DNA of 63,993 nt, counting the filler, from Globobulimina sp. (Eukaryota): the NCBI GenBank assembly GCA_003354225.1. It is 8 parts of 8 records of this genome, joined end to end, with 100 filler letters (N's around TTAATTAATTAA, not from the genome) between each part and the next. Parts side by side here need not be neighbours in the genome. Positions count along the whole stretch, not along the records: positions 8,071 to 16,031 come from PIVH01000105.1; positions 16,132 to 24,083 come from PIVH01000106.1; 6 more parts are not named here. The stretch is one strand, 5' to 3'. Below the pieces are notes generated by a model, which saw nothing but the letters and a program-made list of their open reading frames with translations, searched no databases and had not been told where the DNA came from. The position numbers and the translations under genes were made by a program. How positions within the stretch are numbered: the stretch's first letter is position 1; every line of letters starts with the position of its first letter. Shown here piece after piece: positions 11,301 through 21,400 of this stretch.

Positions 11301-14289
11301 CCCCTTTTGCATTTTCACATTCTGCCAAATCCCATTGAATCTTTTTGATTTGTTCTTTTGGTTTGACTATTGGATTTTTCTCGCTTTCGGCCACTCCAAC
11401 AAAAGATTCAGCCCATGTAGAACGTCTTTTTGGCTGTTCTGATGAGCGTGGCTGTTCCATACTACGATTCCGATTTTCTGGGCAATCTGGACGCCAATGA
11501 CCGGTCTTGTGACATGTATGACATACATACCCGCGGCCTGGTGGACCTCGAGTGCAACTACTTCTGTTTACACCATACAATCGACCTCCGCCATTTCTAG
11601 CTCGTTCTCTTTCATTCTCTCTGGCCGCTTGTTGCGTTGAATCGGTTGTACCTACTGTAATACGCATAATTCGTTCTTTTTCAACAGCACAGATCTCTTT
11701 GTCATAAACATTAGGAAAGTATGTCATTGTTTGCATCCCTGTGTATCTGGCTGCATGTCCAAGGCTACCATCTAAACAATATGAAAGTACTGTATAAATA
11801 TCACCTTTACTGAGTGGTCTTAACCGTGCAACCAAATCTTGCGTTGAAACCGGATGTCCACCACGAGCATTGTCCCAAATGTATTTAACCATTCGTCTGG
11901 CTGGTTCTGATACAATGGTCTTCAAATCTTTCTCAGTTGTGATGACAAATGGTGCTTGCGAATCTTTCGTTACGGAAAATTTCTCCTTCCGTGGTGGTGC
12001 AACTGTCGCTGGTCCCACAGGAAACAGTGAATGTGGCTGTTCATAAGCAATTGATTCTTCTTCTACCGCGGCGCGAATGCCCACTGGTCGTCTCGATGCA
12101 CCTATACCAAGGTCTGGATTTGTTTGTACCGTATTTGTGATTCTTTTTGCCATTCTAGCCCAATTTGGTTTATCCATTCCTGACAAATATTGTTGTATGG
12201 TAGGGAGGTCCTCTCTGTTGACTTTTCGCAAGAATTCTCGACACATCCGTTCGTCTCTGTTGTACATAAATTCATTCATTGGATAAGCACTGTCAAAATA
12301 AACTCGAAAAATGTTAATAAATTCAAAAAGCGTCATACTACCTTGTTGAAGTCTGTCGTAAGCATCTGCTAACGCACCTCGATTATTTGACGCATTACCA
12401 TAACGATTTCTTAACGCTCGCAACACCGTATGAGGTCGAAAATTTTCCCCTATTTGTGAGTGCATTTGTTTGTATAATTCTCTTGGTGCCCCCCCCAAAA
12501 AGTGAAATAAATATTCCTCAAAATAATTACGATTGCCCTGCAATTTACAAACGATGCGTGCTTCATCGATCCAGGATTCCAAATTTTCATCCTGTAAGCC
12601 AGAAAAAATTAATTCGGGTGTCACAACACGATGATCGAATCGTGTACGTAATTTGTCAACAAAAACGGTTCGGTCGATAGTTCGGTCAGCTCGAGCCCCT
12701 GTTGGATGTGGGGTTGGTTTTCGCGGCGCACTTTCTCGAAATGTACTATGGGCAGTTCGACTGTCGCCCCTTATACCATCTCGATCGCTATGATAGGACA
12801 AATTTGGTTTTTCCCAGTTGTCACTAGCATTAATTTGACTTTTGGAGCGATCACGAAAATCATTTGAATTCCTTTCGGCTGGAATGTCATATTGCGAATA
12901 ACTTTGCGCCCCTTTTGCTCGATAATGCTTTTCTGGACCATTCTGACTCATATTATAACCATTTGGTGACAATTCACGTCTCGGACGTGACTTGGTTACT
13001 GGCATTGGTAATACTTGTGCCTGAGGACCCAAATTAATAGGTACCGACTGACTATGATGACTGTAATCCCGTGATTGGCGTTCTGCTGTAAATTTCTCAT
13101 GTAATGGGGGTATTTGTTTTTCGATCTGTATCGGTTGAGGTGACTTCCCCTGTAATTTACCTGAGTCATGTGCAGTTAAACCAACCGGTTGAACACCATG
13201 GAATGATCTGGATGAATGTTGAGTCTCATTTGAAAAATGTTGACCAATTAATAAACCCGTTTGAAATTGAGGCTTGCATAAATTTCCAGGAATAATATTC
13301 TTACCCAAATAATCTTGTGGCACTTGTGGTCTTGGGGGTTCACTCCTATAAGAAGTTTGCATTACTTGTACATCCGGGTCATTAACTAACGTCTGTACGA
13401 TATGCTCTGACGCTAATAATTTCCGTTTATACTCTGCATTTTCAATCGCAAGATGTTTCGCCTTAGTCTCTGCTACTTTCTTTTGATCGGCCAAACGTGT
13501 CTGATTTATTAATAAATCGCGTTGATTTTGCATTAAAAGACCATTTTCGGATTCGGCAACACTTTTGTCGCGGCGCATTTTAGTATTGTCTTCTGCGTGC
13601 GAAATCAATAAATCTTGATACATTGTATCTATGTCTTTTTCGTTCTTTTTTGCATTTAATAAATCCGTACGACCTTGCGCATTCAAGAGTTTTAACTGCT
13701 CGCATTCTTTCTGTAAACGATCGGCTTTCTTACGAGCTTGTAATTCGGTCGTCGAAATTACTGATTGTTCAGCCGGATTAGGTTCGACTGGCTGATTACG
13801 TGACGATGCACCTGAACGCGTTTGGGGACGAAATAAATTTGTTACAGCGCCTGCGAGACCATCTACAAAACCCAATTTAGTCGATGTTCCAGTTGGTCTA
13901 ATACTAGAGGGTCCGAAAACTGCAGATGTTTCGTCCGGATTTTCCTCCGGCCGACCTACACCTTCTAATAATACTTCGTCGGGTCTTTTACATGTACTAA
14001 ATTGCGTTTCAACGATTCCATCTCCTTTTGGCGTTTCACTACGCGATAATTGCAAAGTCTCTGATGTATCAAGTAAAAGTTCTTCTACACTATTAGGTCG
14101 ACTTGTTGACGGTAAATTTTCGCTCGCTGCGCGGAGTATTTCTGACGGCATATCCCTACGACTAGCAATTTTATCTTGACGTTTTGCCTTCGACGTTTCT
14201 GGCAATCCCGAAGCTAAACTTTCGGACGATCTCGATACATTCGAACGCGTACGGGGACGAGGTAAATGACTTTGAGGGGTCTCAGACAT
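8380..14289 (-). CDS. gag: Gag-aspartic protease polyprotein (~1969 aa from first ATG) with long C-terminal extension; no RT, RNase H or integrase
   Basis: Coiled coil, capsid-like region (LQQGSMTLFEFI), CCHC knuckle CHTCHKTGHWRPDC, protease ALADTGSG..LILGVDFM and a second knuckle CHTCNIPGHWRQLC. Confidence 0.85.
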   Translation of the reverse strand: MSETPQSHLPRPRTRSNVSRSSESLASGLPETSKAKRQDKIASRRDMPSEILRAASENLPSTSRPNSVEELLLDTSETLQLSRSETPKGDGIVETQFSTCKRPDEVLLEGVGRPEENPDETSAVFGPSSIRPTGTSTKLGFVDGLAGAVTNLFRPQTRSGASSRNQPVEPNPAEQSVISTTELQARKKADRLQKECEQLKLLNAQGRTDLLNAKKNEKDIDTMYQDLLISHAEDNTKMRRDKSVAESENGLLMQNQRDLLINQTRLADQKKVAETKAKHLAIENAEYKRKLLASEHIVQTLVNDPDVQVMQTSYRSEPPRPQVPQDYLGKNIIPGNLCKPQFQTGLLIGQHFSNETQHSSRSFHGVQPVGLTAHDSGKLQGKSPQPIQIEKQIPPLHEKFTAERQSRDYSHHSQSVPINLGPQAQVLPMPVTKSRPRRELSPNGYNMSQNGPEKHYRAKGAQSYSQYDIPAERNSNDFRDRSKSQINASDNWEKPNLSYHSDRDGIRGDSRTAHSTFRESAPRKPTPHPTGARADRTIDRTVFVDKLRTRFDHRVVTPELIFSGLQDENLESWIDEARIVCKLQGNRNYFEEYLFHFLGGAPRELYKQMHSQIGENFRPHTVLRALRNRYGNASNNRGALADAYDRLQQGSMTLFEFINIFRVYFDSAYPMNEFMYNRDERMCREFLRKVNREDLPTIQQYLSGMDKPNWARMAKRITNTVQTNPDLGIGASRRPVGIRAAVEEESIAYEQPHSLFPVGPATVAPPRKEKFSVTKDSQAPFVITTEKDLKTIVSEPARRMVKYIWDNARGGHPVSTQDLVARLRPLSKGDIYTVLSYCLDGSLGHAARYTGMQTMTYFPNVYDKEICAVEKERIMRITVGTTDSTQQAARENERERARNGGGRLYGVNRSSCTRGPPGRGYVCHTCHKTGHWRPDCPENRNRSMEQPRSSEQPKRRSTWAESFVGVAESEKNPIVKPKEQIKKIQWDLAECENAKGEMIKGEGPQKYLNLLSQWAKKTGRAYPIENWDNLPTEGPDLTPTMEQPELKADYDTWRYYDMKQQMEDERYERIHIAEVLALTQLQVNNYNAMVSRLETEPIETPKVVEPGVLNTVNDRSQPTDNFGLCYAKMTGESTSATSSVHTVGENGLHKDQRCKVINNQGVPIPVAPKLNVSSNRSVSPKVECVKNAWISNKLVSPVPELRAVRPNRLDKDTMNAKVLTMVPDEEVDPKSVIVLQPMELALYLLRQRIPVCQLAALADTGSGLTIAQESVCKFARIPMSELRICHHNKMAGFGGSIKILGKLVMVFSIGGKKFEQTVHVVPDDPRLPLLILGVDFMERHEVSFDFRNSTINVFGQTHPLGRSRAKCTAASYAAAWPEMPGLQQDGEESEDESDHLSPRDLNNIDRIKNGAKNRHEKKKQKQKVGSTQTEGNPDAEQNEARRQQLKETVASLTALALVLPGKYRLFTQASRDYYQQTLFTMLEAVSEAEVPIAGNRVIHIDTLLNRNRRRLAPEVGFFRDEPERPPAVREAERPTRRRILPAERPTIDVTTPSVEREVQPVPITADATIRRQVLNGIGYDEDGERPQGAIAWTNAAGDTVSSAIECLAAEVAAEEEERNNLQGPRGLIGEEEQRRRVREGQMQRYAQRQANRAAQEAQAMTPLSITSGFQAINNQRHVTNSIPGENYVCHTCNIPGHWRQLCPERQIEQPSDSDDSIPELQEVPLLSSEQIREIRRGMNRKQSFANQGYQITDEQAWPDVPMSAVREFQRRAQREGERQIQQRRNGAQAEGTDETETMTAASWPAVEFCRDPNAEWMCQDCSEYKPCPYSSRYNREEEPATQNITEQVMRELTRGASKRRFFENKGTPITDAQAWPNVPLSLVQDYRRSYNGKDLGPNYQVYGYVKADGTIVIKEPPMGANIEVQANGGEMSATPRVAIQNRPNNRQQRGRRGRGANKGKPQGPNCQSK

Positions 14290-14370
14290 CTCGAATTGGT
14301 TGGCAAATAGGTCTTCAAAAGAGGTACTCCTATCACGAAGCCCGTCGGTGACACAAAACAACACAAGGTA

Positions 14371-14380
14371 GCTGCCACCA
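14371..14380 (-). promoter_or_regulatory. Primer-binding site, tRNA-Leu-like
   Basis: TGGTGGCAGC lies 1 nt after the LTR-terminal ..GTTACA and is complementary to a ..GCUGCCACCA tRNA 3' end. Confidence 0.65.
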
Positions 14381-14381
14381 C

Positions 14382-15423
14382 TGTAACAGTACTATACGGA
14401 TGAGTGACGTTACCAACGGCAAAGGACTCCAGAACTCGGTTCACGGTCTTTACGCGTTGATAGATAACCCGCACAATACTGTTAGAATGATGAATAGCGA
14501 TCCTGCGAAGTCGAGAGCAAGATAAAGGATCGGCTCACTTAACCAATACTACACTAAATTGCATGATAAAATGTACCTTAGAACTCGATGAACTTTCTTT
14601 ATGAAAACACAAATTATTGTAGCAATAAGTAAATAATGAGCACTAAATGCCAGTCAATAACAATCGAGAGAATCGATCAAGAATGAGAAAATGTATCAAA
14701 CAATAATCGTAGGCTTACAGTTCGATAAGGCACTGCATAAAATGAGACAATAATATGCAAATATTATTTCTTCATAATGAAACGGCAAGATGACGCAGAG
14801 GAAGGCTGACGTCGCATCAAATAGCATCTATTTTGTCCGCGTTCTGAATTACTACCGTAGTCGTAATCGGGTTGTTTTGGTGTTTGTCCTGCTTATCAGC
14901 GGCTCTTTATTTGATTTCTCAGCAGGGACGCGTCGACAATACGCTGGGCGGTTTTATTGATTGTAAAATGTAATTCGAGGCACTTGATATTACATGCCTT
15001 CCTGCTCCTCCTGTTGTTTTGTAGACCTTGCCGTACCTTTGGCTGATGGAATAGTGCTTAACGAACTGAAAATAGAATTGCTTTAATCAAATTCATGGCA
15101 AAAATAAAAATAAACTTAACCTCCATATATGTTACCATTTATATATATGTCCTAAAGGGACAATAAAAGCCAAAGAATTGATAAGTTGGTAGCTTATTGA
15201 TACTAAATATTACCGAGTGATGATTTCTCTTCATTGACGTTGATCCAAATGCTCTTGGTTGTTTTGTGTCATTACTTACCCTAAGCTGACCACTTATTAA
15301 GCTTTTTAAACCATGCAAAGATTGGACAGCACAACATGCTACAAAAAATGCAACAAAACATAAAAACCCATTTATCTATTACTTGTTTATTTGATACTCT
15401 GCAAACTGGAATTGCTAATAACA
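14382..15423 (-). repeat. Long terminal repeat (single copy in this contig)
   Basis: Starts TGTTA right after the PPT and ends TTACA right before the PBS. On the - strand it has TATATAAA near 15140 and AATAAA near 14955 and 14910, in U3-R-U5 order. Confidence 0.7.
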
Positions 15424-15424
15424 G

Positions 15425-15440
15425 TTCCCTTCCCCCCTTC
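15425..15440 (-). promoter_or_regulatory. Polypurine tract
   Basis: GAAGGGGGGAAGGGAA (16 purines) followed by C and then TGT. Confidence 0.75.
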
Positions 15441-15558
15441 GAAAAATAGGGTACGGATTAGCTTTAGGAGCTTTATATACTGTACAATACAATACTATAA
15501 TACTAAAAAAAAATTAAAATATTACAAAATTCCTAATTCTAATAGTAATAGTAACTGA

Positions 15559-16031
15559 TCACTGGGTCTTCTTCTTTTTAGCCCAATTGATGGCTCGATA
15601 ACGATACCATTCTACGAGAAAACTTTGGTATACACCACGATTACCTGTTTTCTGATCGGTGTACCGTTTGACTTCTTCATTTTGTTCGATCAACATAGCA
15701 TTGAGTTGTCTTTTTGTCATTGGAAGTAATGATGTAAACCAATACTTACCACATCGTTTGCGATCGGCTTCACCTGATTCGCTTTTAAGGTAGATTTCCA
15801 TATACTTGGGGAGTTTCAATTTTGCAATTTGTTCCATCGTAAATGACTGCCAATTGAATTCCAAAGCATGCTTACCTGAAGCCATTGCTTCTTCAAATGA
15901 TTTTGGTGTTGTCACATTTGGTATAACTAAATCATATGTTTCCAGCCATTGAGTGGGGTCATATGCCAAATTTGGTACTTCAACTGGTTCGTCTTCATCG
16001 ATTTCCATGTCCACACTTTTGTTTGTTTCTA
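15559..16031 (-). CDS. C-terminal part of the last ORF of the LTR element, function unknown (5' partial)
   Basis: Frame is open to the contig edge and stops ~120 nt before the PPT. No convincing domain; only a faint chromodomain-like FLVEWYRY. Confidence 0.5.
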
Positions 16032-16131
16032 NNNNNNNNNNNNNNNNNNNNNNNNNNNNNNNNNNNNNNNNNNNNTTAATTAATTAANNNNNNNNNNNNN
16101 NNNNNNNNNNNNNNNNNNNNNNNNNNNNNNN
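16032..16131. other. Artificial contig linker
   Basis: 44 N + TTAATTAATTAA + 44 N. Confidence 0.98.
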
Positions 16132-16629
16132 ACCCAACTCCGTAATAGAATTAGATATCAATGGGAGGAATTGTGGCAAAGGAGAGGCACTCGACCAAAC
16201 CAGGATAGCTATGGCATGTTTAAAATGAACCCATCGCTCAATAATAAACTAAATAAAATAATCAAACATTATACGAAATATGGAATGGATTCCGGAGCAA
16301 TGATGAGATCAATATAGAGAACCTATTTTATCCCTACACCATCCGCCGACCTCCAGACATTACGGAACCGCTAGACTTAGTGACCCAAGTAGCAATTTGG
16401 AAAACTGTCCTTCAATATATCAAAGAAACAAAAAGATTCAGCTACCTCTATCAAGTGGACCTATTGAACCTATCGCCGATCATTTCCGATAAAGGAAACT
16501 ATAGTACTTTGTACTAGTTTAATATTTTTGTATTACCTTTGTTCATTGGCCTCACCCCCAAATAAAAGGGCCTATATCCTTGTTTGTGTGAAATCTTTAA
16601 TTGATTTCTTAGAGTTTTGAAAAAAAAAA
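16132..16629 (+). mobile_element. Decayed 3' end of a non-LTR retrotransposon
   Basis: One frame reads ..RYQWEELWQ.. and shifts near 16275 to ..IWKTVLQYIKETKRF.. (typical LINE ORF2 C-terminal motif, stop 16515-16517). This is followed by AATAAA at 16561 and an A10 tail at 16620-16629. Confidence 0.55.
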
Positions 16630-16656
16630 TGTTATATATAATAAATACAGACACAG

Positions 16657-18263
16657 TCAGTCTTTATCACCGACACAATGGTTGCACCAAAATACCATAT
16701 TTGGATCCCATGCATTTTTAACTGTTAACAAAGTTTGGTAATTATTCTTTCCCCAAAAAGATTCCTGCCAATCACATCCGGCACACTCTGCATTCTCTTC
16801 GTTTGAGTATATAGCACCATTTCCAAATGGTGTAAAACGTTTTTCGTCGAGCTCTGCCACACCAACTGCATGATTGTTATCATTGGGATCAATCCACGCC
16901 AAAGCATTGGCCATTATAAAAAACGCATCTCTCCATCCATTATTCAGTGCGGATTGCTCATGTTTCTGTACATCTCCTTGGACAATAATTGCTGTCATCA
17001 ATCGGGTTGGTATGGACGTGTCGTCGCTATTATTAGTCACAAACGATACCACTTCATTTGTAAATTGATGGCTTAGATTCCGTCTTGGTATTAAATCACT
17101 AAATATATAAATGTAACTAGCGCCTTGTGCTGGTTTTGCATTGCAATAAAAATCCCAGAATGTATTATACGATGTAACCTTAGCAGCGACCACTTGTGAT
17201 TCCGACCTATAATTTGCAATTGGTGCTATATTCGATTCTGCATCTTCCGCACTCCCAATATATGTGTATTCCATCGTAATACGAGGTTTCTATATAAAAT
17301 ATGTTTGCAGCATCATGTACGTCGCAAATGTACGTATTACCTCACCTCAACATATAGCACTCCGCCCCACTTGGAACTAAATGACGCATTGACATCGTTG
17401 ACATATTCAAATAAGTGATTTAAAACATCATTCGCAATGACTGGGCCATGGTTGAATGGATTGAAAGGATTTTGATAGAATGACCATATGCCATAAAACA
17501 CATTGAATGTGCTATTGGTTGGCATTGCATGTAACTTAAATGTGATATTTAATACAACTCCGAACGTCGAGCCTCCTGCTCCTTTCATGGCCCAATATAG
17601 AGCATCAATTTCAGGGTCAATGCCGGATGTATTATAAACATGAACTATATTCGAGTTTGCATCGACAAGGTAGAGTTCCAAAATGGAATCACAACCTAAA
17701 CCAAATGCTGCTGACAATGGACCATGACCGCCATTCAACGACCAACCACCTGGACCGACGTCGGGGTCTGCTCCACCAACTATAACGTTATTGGGTGTGG
17801 TGGAGTTTATTATTTCATATATTTTGCCCCATTTTAAGCCTGTTTCTACTGTTAAACTATCATTGGAATTGAATTTATAATGTTTCATTTGTGACATATT
17901 TATCATCAAACTGTGATTGCCAGAGTTGCGGCCAGTGTATGAATGTCCTGTGGATGATATAGTAATTTGCATATTGTGCTCTCTGGCAAATGTAACACCA
18001 GATTTTACATCAGATACGGAATTCACAATTAATATCCACGCAGGATATTGTACACACAATAAATCAAACCCTATTACTAATGAATCGTATGTACTGTGAT
18101 CTGTTTCTGCAGATATTAATGTTCCATTTATGGATTTATTCAAACTTGCTATTTCTGTACTAGTTGGCCAACAATTATCTGTTGGGGCGCAATAATTAGG
18201 TTTTGATCCGTTGGCATAGCCATTTAACCATACAACCATCAGAAACAAAACCAGAGAATCCAT
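16657..18263 (-). CDS. Secreted FAD-linked oxidoreductase, berberine bridge enzyme-like; exons 18263-17346 and 17289-16657
   Basis: Signal peptide, STGHSY FAD-linking motif, GGGHG-like GGHGPLS, BBE tail FWGKNNYQTLLTVKNAWDP and a 56-nt phase-0 intron GTGAGG..TATAG. Confidence 0.9.
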
Positions 18264-18470
18264 CTTAATTCCTTAATATTAAGAATAAAAACTTAAAAAT
18301 CCTCCACCCCAAAACTTTTTTTATGGTAAGTCAAATACTGTAATCAAGTCGTTCAGAAACTAATAATCGAGCAATGATCATTCCATTGACTTTTTAAAAT
18401 AGCAGTTTTTTTTTTCGCCAACGATTTAGCAGATGCCACAAGTTTTTTGATATTTTTTTTATTGTTGAAA

Positions 18471-21400
18471 ATGAAAGGTTCAGCTTTTTTTTTTGAAAGG
18501 TCTGAGCAAAAAAATAACCGACCTGCTTCTATTGATAAAATATGTCAATCCAATCATGTCACTTTACATAATTCTGATCAAGAGGCTAATTCAATACATT
18601 CGCATCAAAATGATATTGATGATGACATTGACAATGATATAAATGATTCTTCTGATCACGATCAATTGCCATTATTTCCAAACATTAACTCCAATGACAG
18701 TGACAATCACAATCTCAATGCCAATGACATTAAGCCACACAAAAAACGTACAAAGAAGAAAATGGACGAAGAAGAAGATTGGATTCCACCTGAAAACCAA
18801 GAAAACGATATCGATTCCGATCAATTTAATTTCATAGCAATACCAAAAAAGAAAAAGAAAAAAAAGAAATCAAACAATACCAAAACAAAGAAAAAGAAAA
18901 AACTGAAAAAAAGTGGCACAAAAAGAAAACGAAGCATCATATTCAAATACGAGAATTTATTCCAACTGACAAAAAAACGGAGAACAAATAGTTTGAATGA
19001 CGGTAAACGCCCACAATACAATGACGAGATTAACACAGAAAAACACAGACATCTCACCATAATACGCAAAGCGCCGACATTACAAACCATTGCTGCTGAA
19101 ATTCTCGGCAATGACAAGAAAGTATTCGACCACTACCATAAATATTTACGAGTTCATTTATATTATATTTGAATCTGTTTATTAAATATCAAACTCATGT
19201 AACCTAAAAGGACGATATTGGCAGTAATTGGCAGGACAGCATCGAAGTGGGTGATGTATTGCAATTTAATTATAGCAGCACGTACAAAATGCGTTTAACC
19301 ACCGCTATGACCAAGAAAATCAACAAAAACACCCACAAAAACAAAAAAAAAAGCAAAAACTTAGTCACGTATGATATGCCCAAATGGATTCCCATCCAAA
19401 TAACATGCAAAGCCTATTCAGCCACCATTGAATACATTGGCAAAGCCACCAAATATAAAAAAGACGAAGCAAAAACTGCTACAAATCATAACACAAAACC
19501 GCTACAAGAAACAATCCGCATCGGTGTCACCCGAAATACTTCGAAATCCGCCAGAATCCGACCCATCAATGACGGCAAAAACAGTGAATATTATTTGAAA
19601 GAAGGTCATATCATCGAAATATTTGACTGTAAGGCCTTGCAATGGATTCCCTGCAAAATCATCACTATATTAACTTACTTGGAGTTCGAATACAAATCCT
19701 ATCGCAAAGAGACCATCTCCGATTCCTGTTACATGGATGAAGCAAATATCCGGCTGCCCGCCGCCTGTATCCCTTATAACAAGATCACCGAACATGACAT
19801 TGGTCGCAGTGTCCGAGTGTATTGGAGCCATATCGGTGGCGGGGAGTGGTATGAAGGCACCATACAATCCGTAGACATTGGCAATAAAATATTAGTGCTA
19901 TTTTACAGAGACAAATATATGGAAGAATTGCGCTGGAATATCTGTACCACGTTGTTTTATTTCCCCATCAAACACTTAAATGATATCACTTCGTGGATTT
20001 ATTTACGGCCAAACTGTGGTTATTGCGGCTGTTTAATGGAGGAACGCATGGCCACCAAATGCAAATATCAGAATGTAGTTTGCTGGAAATGCGATAATAT
20101 TTTCGTAGAAAAGGATTCAATTTGGATCTGTCCCTTTGAAAAACGCGTTAAATTCCATCCGCGAAAATATTTCATTGGCTCCAATTGTGTGCACCAAGCG
20201 GCACAGAAACAGTTTGCCAACGATGTGGATGGCATAAATTGCAATCAATTTAAACTGCGAAATACAAATTTAATCGTTGGCCACAGAAACGATGTCACCA
20301 AAATGGCGGAGCTGTACAGGATCCCCATTGGTGCGCCACTGCCGCACTTACAATTAATTGATGTGAATGTAAACGAGAATAAGCCGATTATTGTCAATAA
20401 GGAAACACTTGAAACCAATAAGTATTTGCAAGGATTTATCCATAAATTGTATCATTCGGTGTTATATCAACCGTATGACGAACAGGAATATTTTTTACTG
20501 TGTCAGCGATATTTGCAGTGCAATTTTATCCCTTTGGCTCGAAATAGAAAGTCGCCCTTAAACGACACGGATATTATCACCGCCGCAAAATATTCATTTT
20601 GCACAAAATTACAAAAAGTGATCAATATTTTCTTACAAAATAAGAATCGCAACTCGTTGTTTTATATTTTGAAAGCAATCGAATTGCGATATTTTTATAT
20701 TGCAAATGCATGGAATGGTCGCCCAAAAAGTAAAGGTTTGACGGATGATTTGGCGATGCAGTACCAATGGAATATAAATATGAAACATAATCTGATCCCA
20801 TCCGTGTTAAATGATAAAAACGATGAAATCATCAATGAAATTGCAGAGAATAATAATATCTCCACAAAACAACCAAAATTCATCCACTATACGGATAACA
20901 TTGTGTTGTCTGGCTCGATTTCTGTCGTACATAATAATCCGAATAATATTAATATAAACGAGGATGATGTCCATTCCATCGCATCTTCCAATGACAGCAC
21001 AAATCTCTATTCCAACGAGATAAAGTCCGCGAGAATGGGCGCTTTTTGTGTGCCGCAGTTTGACATTTGCATTTTTGTGCGTGACAGTAGTCTTCGAAAA
21101 ACCAAAAAAAACAAAAACATTAATACTAAAGACAGCTCGCCAGCCTCCTATCAGCTATATAAAACTGCCGAAGCCATCGTAATCACTCGAGAGTCTCTAC
21201 ATATCTCCGAACGGGAACATGAATGGAGAAATAACCGCGAAATCTCCAGATATAATCCATGGATTCGTGGGGATGTCTGCAAGATTTACGTGGATCAATC
21301 TGCCATTTGGTTACAGGCGAAAATAGTGAAAATCTATGAAACTGAGTGCAAAGTAGATATCTATTCCAACGAATTACGATATCCAAAACATCGAAGCTAT

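Larger units (their letters stand above)
8071..16031 (-). mobile_element. LTR retrotransposon (Ty3/Gypsy-like), permuted: 3' ORF - PPT - LTR - PBS - gag-protease
   Basis: Polypurine tract abutting TGT, a ~1042-nt TGT..ACA segment, a TGG-initiated PBS, then an ORF with CCHC knuckles and a retropepsin. Confidence 0.8.

Noticed and set aside
15880-15910. TPKSFEEAM resembles the Ty1/copia EP..Y.EA motif that precedes RT
   Set aside because: No RT motifs follow and the frame stops about 110 codons later.
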